Positions 48,443 to 57,101 of a DNA stretch of 64,000 nt are shown piece by piece. The position numbers and the translations under genes are program-made. Within the stretch, counting starts at the first letter, position 1; every line of letters begins with the position of its first letter. The notes under the pieces are model-generated. The model searched no databases, was not told the origin of the DNA, and worked only from the letters and a program-made list of their open reading frames with translations. The stretch comes from an uncultured Chloroflexia bacterium. Its GTDB lineage: Bacteria > Chloroflexota > Anaerolineae > JAAYZQ01. The stretch lies in the NCBI GenBank assembly GCA_963700285.1, contig CAVOXA010000014.1, positions 960,001 to 1,024,000 of the forward strand, given 5' to 3'.

Positions 48443-51190
48443 CTACGGCGATACAACCACTATCACGCCCAGCGAAACGCCATCCCCCAGCAACTGCCCC
48501 CCCGCATCCCGTACCGGTAGCCTCTCCCCCGCTGCCGCTGAATACATGCCCACCCGCAGCTCATACTCGCCGGCTGGCAGCGAATCTGGCAACAGCATAC
48601 CCCGGCGATCAACAATTACTTCGCCCGCCGGCCAACTGCTTGTGGGCCGGGAGCCACCCACCGGGGCGGAATCGCTTTGGGCCCCAAGCTCGCCGTCGCC
48701 GTTGACCAAGTGCACAAAGACGTCATAGTCCATCCCCAGGGTCTCGGTTCCCCGCCAGAAGAGGGTCAGCGGCACGATATCGCCTGGCTGCCAGTTGCTG
48801 CCCTGTAGGTCAAAGCCCACCAGTACCACCTGAGCGCCCAGAAGTGCGTCCACTTCGAGCGCCGGAGCCACGGCAGGCCTAGCCATAGTAGCGCCATAGG
48901 TCACCACCTGCAAACTGTCCGCCCACTCGTGTCCCGCTTGAAAAGCATGGCCACTGAGCCAGTCCAGCGCCCGATCTCGTACCCCCTCACTCCCCGCCGC
49001 AGCAAAGGCTTCGGCATCTCCCAGCACCACGAACAGGCGCTCATCCCCGGCCACGATGGCCGCCAATTCCTCTTCTGAGGCGGGAGCCAGATAGATCTCG
49101 GCCGGCCCGTCATAGTTCGACACAAATGGGGCCGCCAGATCAGAGGGATAGAGCAGAATCGCATCTCCGGGCCGGGTCCGGCCGGTGAGATCCCCCGCCA
49201 GTTTGGTTACATACTCGACGGGATAGTCCTCAGGCAAGCCATAAAGCTGACGGTAGAGGTACACCGTGTCACCATCAGGCAGCAGGTAGGTTGCCTCCAG
49301 ATCAAATGCCTCGGAAAAGAGACGTGTTGGCGCGCCCAAGGCGAAATCATCTGCCCCGGACGCATCCAGAATGGCCTCGATGACCTCTTCCTGTCCCGGG
49401 TTCATTCCTGCATTCACGCGTTTCACCGCGACATAGTCGTGGGCAAAGAGGCGCTCGTAGGGTAGGGTTTCCTCATAGCGGTCCAGCATACCCTCCACCC
49501 GCAGGTGGGGATACTCGGCCAGGATCAGGTAGATGAATGCGCCGGCATTGACCTGCCGTGTACGGGCCAGCAGGCCCAGACTGAGTAGCTCGCGCCCCTC
49601 CTCCTGACGATGAACCTCCATACGCTGCAGTATGTCCGGCTGGATCCAATAGTCCCGGTCAGTCTGGCCCTCGTCCGGAAGTTCCAGGTAGCCCCCCTGG
49701 GCGAACAGCGTAGTTGCACCCCAGCCTGGTAGGGTGACCCCCAAGTGCTCAGAAACCCTCATTGTCTTACTGACCGGCTCGTAGGACAGGGCAAGGAACT
49801 GCAACAAGCCAAAGACCACCACGAGCGCAAAAAGCGCCCACTTGAAGCCTCGCCAGGGCAGCTTGAGCAGGGCGGCGCCAAAAATGAGGGCGATCGCGGG
49901 CAGAACAGGAAGAAAGGCCCGCGTCTCCTGGTAGATGGAAAAAGTGAGCAGCAGGTAGGCCCCACCGGCCCAGGCGACGACGACCCAGCCTTCGAGCCGG
50001 ATCGCCCGCAATACCTGCCCCAATGACCCCTGCCGCCGCAGATAGACCGCCATCGCCAGGACGAGCACAAGCAGAAAGACGCCAAAGAGGAGGAACGACA
50101 TATGCTCGTTTGCCAGCCGGCGCAGGTAAAAGAGGTAGGTATCCAATCTGTCCAACTGCAGCGTCCGCCCCCGAGGATCATTGACCCCATAGCCATAGAG
50201 CGCCATCCGCTGGACAAACTCCACGCGGGCCAGGTACCAGGTGGAGGCCAGCGCCGCGGCCAGGGACAGGGAGGCCAGGGAATTCGACAGCGGAGCTGAG
50301 GGCAGCATAACAAAGTAGATGGTCAGGGCCGCAAGTGCCCACCAGAAGAGGGACAACGCATCGCCCAAGATCAGGTTCTGAACGGCCTCCCGGTTGGGCA
50401 GATACCAGATTGCCGCCAGCACCAGCCCGCCCAGTAGAGCCAGCAGGAGACGTTTCCAATAGATGCGAGGACGCTGCTTCAGGCGTTGCCACAGCGCCGG
50501 CAGCAAACCAGCGGCAAGGATGGCCACGATCACCGGACCAATGGCAAAGACGGCAAAGGTACGCTTGGTGAGCAGACCCAGGCCCAAGCTCAGTCCAAAA
50601 AATAGTGAGGCGCCTCGCCGCTGGAAACCATCCGTGGACAGCAGCAGCCACACACTCAGAGCGACCATGGCTGTCAGGGCAAATTCCAGGTAAAAGTGAC
50701 GTGACATGGCGTAGAACATGGGAAATAAAGCCAGCAAAACGACGCTCACCATGCCAAGGCCCCGCCCGCCCCACCGCTTGCCTATGCCGAACGTTGCCAC
50801 CAGCAAGATCGCCATATAGACCACATTGACCATGGTCGCGATGTCGGAGGTCCAGCCAAACAGGCGGTACATGGGCGTCGCCGATGCGGGAAAGAGAGGG
50901 GGGCGTACCGGGTCACTGACCATAACGTCAAAGAGCGATTGGATCGAGAGGGGGCTAAGCATCCGGGCATAGTTCAGGCTGTGGGCCAGATGGCGCGGCC
51001 TATCCCAGCCCGTCAAGGTGACATTTTCGGTCAGCCAGATCCAGTTGTTGATGGCGTGAAAGAGAAGCAATCCTGCTATCAGCAACCAGGGAGCCAAACG
51101 CATGAACCACGTGGCGCTTTGGCTCCACACGGAAGCAGGGTCGTTCCCACCTTCTGAGACCGTATCCAGGTTTGAGGCCAGACCAGACAT
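48443..51190 (-). CDS. GT-C membrane glycosyltransferase (ArnT/PMT-like, family 39/83) with C-terminal extracellular domain
   Basis: WD..H motif after TM1, RPPLF, GLGLLTK, many TM helices; C-terminal YDVFVHL...QSD..P.GG.RPTSSW..GE.I.D. Confidence 0.85.
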   Translation of the reverse strand: MSGLASNLDTVSEGGNDPASVWSQSATWFMRLAPWLLIAGLLLFHAINNWIWLTENVTLTGWDRPRHLAHSLNYARMLSPLSIQSLFDVMVSDPVRPPLFPASATPMYRLFGWTSDIATMVNVVYMAILLVATFGIGKRWGGRGLGMVSVVLLALFPMFYAMSRHFYLEFALTAMVALSVWLLLSTDGFQRRGASLFFGLSLGLGLLTKRTFAVFAIGPVIVAILAAGLLPALWQRLKQRPRIYWKRLLLALLGGLVLAAIWYLPNREAVQNLILGDALSLFWWALAALTIYFVMLPSAPLSNSLASLSLAAALASTWYLARVEFVQRMALYGYGVNDPRGRTLQLDRLDTYLFYLRRLANEHMSFLLFGVFLLVLVLAMAVYLRRQGSLGQVLRAIRLEGWVVVAWAGGAYLLLTFSIYQETRAFLPVLPAIALIFGAALLKLPWRGFKWALFALVVVFGLLQFLALSYEPVSKTMRVSEHLGVTLPGWGATTLFAQGGYLELPDEGQTDRDYWIQPDILQRMEVHRQEEGRELLSLGLLARTRQVNAGAFIYLILAEYPHLRVEGMLDRYEETLPYERLFAHDYVAVKRVNAGMNPGQEEVIEAILDASGADDFALGAPTRLFSEAFDLEATYLLPDGDTVYLYRQLYGLPEDYPVEYVTKLAGDLTGRTRPGDAILLYPSDLAAPFVSNYDGPAEIYLAPASEEELAAIVAGDERLFVVLGDAEAFAAAGSEGVRDRALDWLSGHAFQAGHEWADSLQVVTYGATMARPAVAPALEVDALLGAQVVLVGFDLQGSNWQPGDIVPLTLFWRGTETLGMDYDVFVHLVNGDGELGAQSDSAPVGGSRPTSSWPAGEVIVDRRGMLLPDSLPAGEYELRVGMYSAAAGERLPVRDAGGQLLGDGVSLGVIVVVSP

Positions 51191-51279
51191 CGTGTATCCT
51201 ACGCGCTCGAGTTCGCTCCGGGCATCCGCCGCCTGGCGGACAGGGCCATACCGCCCTCCCCAGAGCAGAAACGCTGGTT

Positions 51280-51308
51280 AGCATAGCACCAATTCAGCTT
51301 TTGGTCAA
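51280..51308 (-). promoter_or_regulatory. Sigma70 promoter TTGACC-N17-TATGCT for the leftward GT-C gene
   Basis: Read on the minus strand; extended -10 TG present. Confidence 0.6.
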
Positions 51309-51379
51309 CTGAATTGCGCCGCTGGCCTTGGAGGCGCCCACCCCAGATTGGCAGGCTCGAAGAGCCTCAGTGAGAAGCT

Positions 51380-51405
51380 GTCATTCCCGCGCAGGCGGGA
51401 ATCCA
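51380..51405. repeat. REP/dRS3-like palindrome GTCATTCCCGCGCAGGCGGGAATCCA (copy 2)
   Basis: ATTCCC-N8-GGGAAT inverted repeat; related copy at 23243-23273. Confidence 0.75.
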
Positions 51406-51505
51406 CTCCTCGCCAGCCAGAGCCCCTGGCCTTGGCAGCGGCTCGGAGCACTCGAGTACGGCATCCGGTCAGATGCGATTGCCTCAGTCGGTTCGAGGGC
51501 CTGCC

Positions 51506-51534
51506 TTGACGCACCGTTGGTCCCCGAGTATAAT
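51506..51534 (+). promoter_or_regulatory. Sigma70 promoter TTGACG-N17-TATAAT for the rightward GT-C gene
   Basis: Near-consensus hexamers with a 17-nt spacer. Confidence 0.75.
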
Positions 51535-51596
51535 GCCCAGGCTTGAACGGGTCCGTCCAGGCGCAATGGGCCGGATCACAGCCTACGGAGAATCGC

Positions 51597-54266
51597 ATGT
51601 CCGCAGCAGCGCACTCGAAAAGCCTGGCACATCGTGTGGGCACAAAACTTGACCGCTTTGGTCCAGCTTTGCTGATCGCGGCGCTCGTCGCCTGGCATGC
51701 CGTTCACAACTGGATCTGGCTCTCAAGCAACACGGTGCTGACAGGCTGGGACAAGGCGCGCCACCTTGCCCAGAGCCTGACCTACAACAACCTGCTCGCA
51801 CCCCTAACACTGAGAACCTTCTTTGGCGCGCTCATCAGCGACTCGGTGCGCCCGCCCTTTGCGCCCATGGCAGCCGTTCCCCTGTACCGGCTGTTTGGGA
51901 CCTCAAGCGACGTAGCCGCAATGCTCAATATCCTCTATCTCGCCGTGGTCCTAGTAGCAACCTACAAGATCGGCGTTCTTTTGCGCGGCCGCAGTCTGGG
52001 CGTCCTAAGCGTGCTGCTGCTGGCACTGTTCCCCATGTTTTACGCCATGTCCCGCTATTTCTACCTGGAATTTCTGTTGACTGCGCTGGTGGCGCTGACC
52101 CTGTGGCTGTTACTCCGCAGCGACGGCTTTCAGAAAAGGCGTACATCTCTGCTCTTTGGACTCTGTCTGGGCCTCGGACTCCTGACCAAGAGAACCTACG
52201 TGGCCTTTGTCCTGGCCCCAGTGGCTTTCGTAGTTCTGACATCGGACGCATTCCCCAGCCTTTGGCGGCGCTTTCGGGGAGGTATTCGGATAGATCTTGG
52301 GCACGCAGCCCTAGCCTTTGCGGGAGGACTGCTCCTGGCAGCAGCCTGGTTCCTGCCTAACTGGTCCGCTGTCCAGGGGCGGGCGCTGGGAGGATGGATC
52401 TTGCCCATCTGGGCAATTCTGGTGGCAATAACCATCTATCTTTTACTAAGGCCTTCCGGTCCAGATGTGAACTTTTTGTCCGCTGTGTCCCTGGGCGCAG
52501 TGGTGGGCTCAACCTGGTACCTGGCAAACACCGGCTTCATCCAGAGGATGCTTCTATTTGCCTATGGCGTGAACGATCCCCGCGGCCGGACTATCAAGGT
52601 CGACAGCCTGCACACCTACACCGAGTACCTTGTCACGTTGATAAACCAGCATATCTCACTCTCAGTGATCATCCTACTCATCCTCGCGGCGCTACTTCTG
52701 GGCATTGGGCTCTTGCGCGGAAAGAGTTCCCTTACGGCCTTGCGCCACATTCGCTCGGGTTGGTGGGCCGTGCTACTCTGGCTTGTGGGTCCTTATGTCG
52801 TGCTGACCATGTCCATATACCATGAAACACGGGCCATCACGCCGGTTTTGCCAGCCGTCGCTTTGCTGGGCGCCGGGCTCATCCTCAAGATCCCCTGGCG
52901 GAGCGTACGCACCGTTCTGATTGTGGTGCTGATGCTATTCGGCATCGTGCAGTTCTATGCCGTCTCTTTTGAACCGCTCCACGGTCTGGTGGAAGCCACC
53001 TCGCTTCGGCTGCCCTTCTTGGGCGACACGGGCCTGCTGGGCCGGGGCGGATACCTCCAGGTGCCCGATGCCGAAGCCACCGACAGCGGTTACTGGATCG
53101 AGCCCGATGTGTTGGAGCGGATGGAGGCGGAGCGTCTGGCACAAGGTTGGGAGAGCGCTTCTCTGGGCCTGTTGGTCAATGCCAAACAGATCAACTTTGA
53201 GCATTTCGCCTATCTGACCCTGGCCGACGGTTACTATCCCCAGATCACCGTCGAGCGGCTGGCTCGGGCTCATGGACCCGAGCCGGTCTACCCCCGTCTC
53301 TTCCGGCACGACTATGTGCTGGTCAAGCGCGTCAACGACGCCGCCGATGCCGACAGCCAGGCGGTGATCGACCAGATCCTCGACAAACCGCCAGCGCTCT
53401 TCCAGCAAGCTTTTGCGCTGGACACGAGCTACCCGCTACCGGATGGAGACATAGTCTATCTCTACCGCCGGCAGGAACGCCCGCCTGGTGGGGTAGCGGC
53501 CGACCTCTCTCCAGAACTGTCACAGGCCCTGAACGTGATGGCCAATGAGGGCAGTGCGGTTGTCATGATTCCACCGAACCTTGTCCCCTTGCTTGGCCAG
53601 TACCTGGAAGCAGATCTGGACACCTACGTGCTGCCCGGCCAGGGTACAGCCGAGGAGGCCATGGCAGAGATAGCCATGGGTCACGACCTGGTGTTTGCGG
53701 TCTTTGGCGAGTGGGATGCAGACGAGCTGGACCGCGCTGGAAGGCGCTGGCTGGACGAACACGGCTATCGAGCTTGGGATGACTGGTTTGGCCCCACCCA
53801 GTTGGTAGTCTATGGCCTGTCCTCCAAGCCCGCCCAAGCCGAGGTTCTGCCCCTGGGCGCTGCCCTGGGCGAGAACCTGACCCTGCAGGGATACTCAGTT
53901 AGGCAAGGGCAAGCTGAAGATGAAAGCCTGCTGTACGTTACACTTGTCTGGGAGGTACGCGAGCCAGTGGGGCAAGACTACAAAGTATTCGTCCATCTCG
54001 TAGACCGCGATGGCCAATTGGTCGCCCAGCGGGATAGCGAACCGCTCAACGGATTAAAGCCGACGACGAGCTGGGAAAAGGGTGAGGCCATCACCGACCG
54101 TCTGGGTCTGTGGCTGCCGCCAGACCTGCCGCCAGGCGAGTATCAGATGCTGGTTGGGATGTACGACCCGGAAACGCTTGAGCGCCTGAGCGTTCTCGAT
54201 GCAGCCGGAGAGGTAACAGGCGACAGCATCCCCCTGGGCTCCGTGACCATCCCAGCAGACCACTAA
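51597..54266 (+). CDS. GT-C membrane glycosyltransferase, paralog of 48443-51190
   Basis: LTGWDKARHLAQSL, ALFPMFYAMSRYFYLEF, GLGLLTKRT, YGVNDPRGRT; C-terminal YKVFVHL domain. Confidence 0.85.
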   Translation: MSAAAHSKSLAHRVGTKLDRFGPALLIAALVAWHAVHNWIWLSSNTVLTGWDKARHLAQSLTYNNLLAPLTLRTFFGALISDSVRPPFAPMAAVPLYRLFGTSSDVAAMLNILYLAVVLVATYKIGVLLRGRSLGVLSVLLLALFPMFYAMSRYFYLEFLLTALVALTLWLLLRSDGFQKRRTSLLFGLCLGLGLLTKRTYVAFVLAPVAFVVLTSDAFPSLWRRFRGGIRIDLGHAALAFAGGLLLAAAWFLPNWSAVQGRALGGWILPIWAILVAITIYLLLRPSGPDVNFLSAVSLGAVVGSTWYLANTGFIQRMLLFAYGVNDPRGRTIKVDSLHTYTEYLVTLINQHISLSVIILLILAALLLGIGLLRGKSSLTALRHIRSGWWAVLLWLVGPYVVLTMSIYHETRAITPVLPAVALLGAGLILKIPWRSVRTVLIVVLMLFGIVQFYAVSFEPLHGLVEATSLRLPFLGDTGLLGRGGYLQVPDAEATDSGYWIEPDVLERMEAERLAQGWESASLGLLVNAKQINFEHFAYLTLADGYYPQITVERLARAHGPEPVYPRLFRHDYVLVKRVNDAADADSQAVIDQILDKPPALFQQAFALDTSYPLPDGDIVYLYRRQERPPGGVAADLSPELSQALNVMANEGSAVVMIPPNLVPLLGQYLEADLDTYVLPGQGTAEEAMAEIAMGHDLVFAVFGEWDADELDRAGRRWLDEHGYRAWDDWFGPTQLVVYGLSSKPAQAEVLPLGAALGENLTLQGYSVRQGQAEDESLLYVTLVWEVREPVGQDYKVFVHLVDRDGQLVAQRDSEPLNGLKPTTSWEKGEAITDRLGLWLPPDLPPGEYQMLVGMYDPETLERLSVLDAAGEVTGDSIPLGSVTIPADH

Positions 54267-54400
54267 CCTGCACAGCCCACCCAATCGCACTGGTCATTCT
54301 GTACCAGGATGCGACACCCGAACAATCGACTCATTGCTTTGTAATGAACTCTTGGCGTTGGAGCGCCAGCTACGAACTCGGCCACTCGGAGCCGGTATCT

Positions 54401-55420
54401 CTAGTCTTGCAGGGCCGAGTCTTGCACGGCTGCGTCTTGCATGGCCCAACCGCCGGTGAGCATGGCCAGTAGGGCAAGGAGCAGGTCCACTACCACCGTG
54501 ATGCCCCGCAACAGAAGCATGGACAGAATGGCCACCTCGGCCCCCACGGCCGGTGTGAGAACAAGCGCACCAACTCCCTCGCGAATCCCCAAACCCACCG
54601 GTGCAAAAAGGGCCAGAAAACCGGCCACAGTCCCCAGAGCTATGGAAGCCAGAGCTAGGGGATAAACACTCATATCTAGTTCCGTAAAGGCCGCCAGGCA
54701 CAGATAGGCCCCTAAACCGGCTAGCGCCCAGGTCATCAGGTACAGAAAGGCAACCCAGAGGTAAAAGACTGCATCCAAGTCGGCCAGCATTTCATCCTGC
54801 CCGCGCGAAGCCGCAGCGGTGTCCCCGGTTGACTCCGTCGCCGACGATTCCGTCGCCGGCGCCCTCTGCAGCCGTTCACCGATCTTTTGTGCCAGACCGA
54901 TCAGCAGACCCAAGAAGCGAGGATGGATGAGCAATACGAGCAGGAGGGGCAGGGCTAGGACCGTATACCGGAGCGCAGGCTGGAGCAGGCCCAGGACTGG
55001 CAGCCCACACAGAGCAGCGGTCAGGATCCATAGCGCCATCGAAATGGCAAAGGCGGCGCCGATCTGTAGGTTGCCGATACCTGCTGCGCGGGAAAGTAGG
55101 TAAAAGCTGCCAACAAAAAGCACCTTGCCAGGCAGATACTTGCCCAATTGGGATATCGAGGTAATGCGGAACACGGTCCAGTACGTGGGTGGGGCATCCA
55201 GGCGACGGTAGATGCCGTACTGGATGTAACTGTACAAAAAGCTGGAGAGCCCGGTGACAACAAAGGCCGCCGCCAAAGGCAGCGGCTGGATCTGCCCTAA
55301 AAGCTCAGGCAAGCGGTTGCCCCAGCGCACGAGGTAAAAACCTGCCGCCGCCAGGAGCAGAGCGAAATAGCCGATCTTGACCGCAGGATGAGCGACGATG
55401 CGCCTGATGCGACTAGCCAT
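54401..55420 (-). CDS. Lysylphosphatidylglycerol synthase TM / UPF0104 flippase-like membrane protein
   Basis: SQLGKYLPGKV and APVGLGIREG motifs; about 8 TM helices. Confidence 0.8.
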   Translation of the reverse strand: MASRIRRIVAHPAVKIGYFALLLAAAGFYLVRWGNRLPELLGQIQPLPLAAAFVVTGLSSFLYSYIQYGIYRRLDAPPTYWTVFRITSISQLGKYLPGKVLFVGSFYLLSRAAGIGNLQIGAAFAISMALWILTAALCGLPVLGLLQPALRYTVLALPLLLVLLIHPRFLGLLIGLAQKIGERLQRAPATESSATESTGDTAAASRGQDEMLADLDAVFYLWVAFLYLMTWALAGLGAYLCLAAFTELDMSVYPLALASIALGTVAGFLALFAPVGLGIREGVGALVLTPAVGAEVAILSMLLLRGITVVVDLLLALLAMLTGGWAMQDAAVQDSALQD

Positions 55421-56186
55421 GCTCCCCTGCTACCGGCGCGTCACTGCCCCGCTCGCCCACAATCTGGGCTGGGACGCCACGAGCGATGCTATAAGGCGGC
55501 AGGTCGCGCGTGACCACTGCCCCAGCCGCGACTACTGCCCCCTGCCCTACCGTGACCCCACCCAGCACGATGACGGAGGCGCCCAGCCAGACGTCGTCCT
55601 CAACGACAATAGGGCGCTCCTCAGTAGGCTGGGCTCGGATAGGCACATCACGGCGGGCAAAGGTATGGTTTCCGCAGATGAGTTGCACGTCGTTGGCCAG
55701 GAGCACGTCCTTTCCCAGGCGAATGCCGCCGTGGCCGTAGAACAAGCAGCGATGGCCGATATAGGCACGGTCCTCGATGATGATCTCGGCGCCGCGACCG
55801 GCAACGAGATAACAATCGCGGGACAACCACGCGTCATCTTTCAGCTCGACCCGGCCAGTGAGGGAATGCGCATCGACGAAGCAGTTTTCGCCAATCATCA
55901 CCCGCTGTCCCATAAAGACCCCGCGAGGCACCTGCCACCGGACGCCCCTCTCGATGAAGCAGCCCTTGCCTATCCCACCTAGCACGGAGCGGTAGGCGCG
56001 GGCCCTGAGCACAGAGCCAAAAACCGTGGGCAAACCGCTGAACAGGGTCAGGATGGTACCTTGCCACACCCATCGCCGCCACGAATGCCCCCCCGTCATG
56101 CGTATGACATAGCGGCGCATGTTTTGGCCAGTTCCGCCGCCAATACTTGCGGTAGTGTACGATAGCGCTTCATTATCAGGCATCAT
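55413..56186 (-). CDS. Hexapeptide-repeat (left-handed beta-helix) sugar O-acyltransferase
   Basis: GNHTF, PIVVEDDVWLGASVIVLGGVTVGQGAVVAAGAVVTRD.P..SIARGVPA. Start uncertain. Confidence 0.88.
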   Translation of the reverse strand: MMPDNEALSYTTASIGGGTGQNMRRYVIRMTGGHSWRRWVWQGTILTLFSGLPTVFGSVLRARAYRSVLGGIGKGCFIERGVRWQVPRGVFMGQRVMIGENCFVDAHSLTGRVELKDDAWLSRDCYLVAGRGAEIIIEDRAYIGHRCLFYGHGGIRLGKDVLLANDVQLICGNHTFARRDVPIRAQPTEERPIVVEDDVWLGASVIVLGGVTVGQGAVVAAGAVVTRDLPPYSIARGVPAQIVGERGSDAPVAGEHG

Positions 56187-56202
56187 GTTACCAATGTAGA
56201 GC

Positions 56203-57093
56203 CTATGGGAGCGAAACAAGGGCTGGTTGGCTATCTGTGGGACCGGTCTTGCGAGCCGTAAACACCAACCCATAGCCCCGTTGCTGCTCAGAGCGATCCG
56301 CCAGCACCACGATCGGATAGATTAGCAGGGATGTGAGCATATAGACCAGGCGGCCGATGCCGCGGCTGGGATCAAGACCTCGAAAGAGATGAAAGACCTC
56401 AAAATGAAGGGCACCCAGCCGAGTAAGGTAGGCGTGTTGATCCAGCACATCAAAACCCAGCCCTTGCAGCTCGTCTGCCAGCAGATCCCCGTGGTACCGG
56501 CGCTGGACGTCATAGGTCACGGCCAAAGAGTCGTCCAGGCCCTGAGCGACGGAGGGAGCGTTGGCCACTTCGGGCCTCAGCAAACGGGCTTTTGTCGCTG
56601 GGGATAGATTCTCCAGGAAGCTCAAGGTCAGTTCGTGATCAGCATTATCCACCGTAAGATAGAGCAATCCGCTAGGTTTCAAGACGCGGTACATCCCGAG
56701 CAGAGCGCTGTGGTCGTCCACGATATGCTCCAGCACGCAGTTGCAGACGACCAGATCATAAAGATCTGCGGTCAACGGCAGGATGGCGCCATCAGCCAGC
56801 AGATAGGTAGCGCGGCCATCTAGGCCAATGCCCTGCGCCGTTTGGTGCGCCGCCCGCAAGTCTGACGCCGACAGATCGCAGCCATCCAGGCTGGCGTCAT
56901 GCAGGGCAAACTCCAGGGAGTAGAAGCCATGCCCGCAGCCCACATCCAGTACCCGCCAGCCGGCTACGTCGTCTACCCAGGGCGCCAGGTGGTGCATCTC
57001 CACGGCGCGCATCAGGTTGGTATAGCGCAAGATCGGATAGATCAGCCGGGACACCGGCCGCGGCAGGCGGCTAAACCAGACCCCCAGGCTCAT
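56203..57093 (-). CDS. Class I SAM-dependent methyltransferase
   Basis: VLDVGCGHG, VLEHI.DD, RVLKPSG. Confidence 0.9.
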   Translation of the reverse strand: MSLGVWFSRLPRPVSRLIYPILRYTNLMRAVEMHHLAPWVDDVAGWRVLDVGCGHGFYSLEFALHDASLDGCDLSASDLRAAHQTAQGIGLDGRATYLLADGAILPLTADLYDLVVCNCVLEHIVDDHSALLGMYRVLKPSGLLYLTVDNADHELTLSFLENLSPATKARLLRPEVANAPSVAQGLDDSLAVTYDVQRRYHGDLLADELQGLGFDVLDQHAYLTRLGALHFEVFHLFRGLDPSRGIGRLVYMLTSLLIYPIVVLADRSEQQRGYGLVFTARKTGPTDSQPALVSLP

Positions 57094-57101
57094 GTCTGAT
57101 C

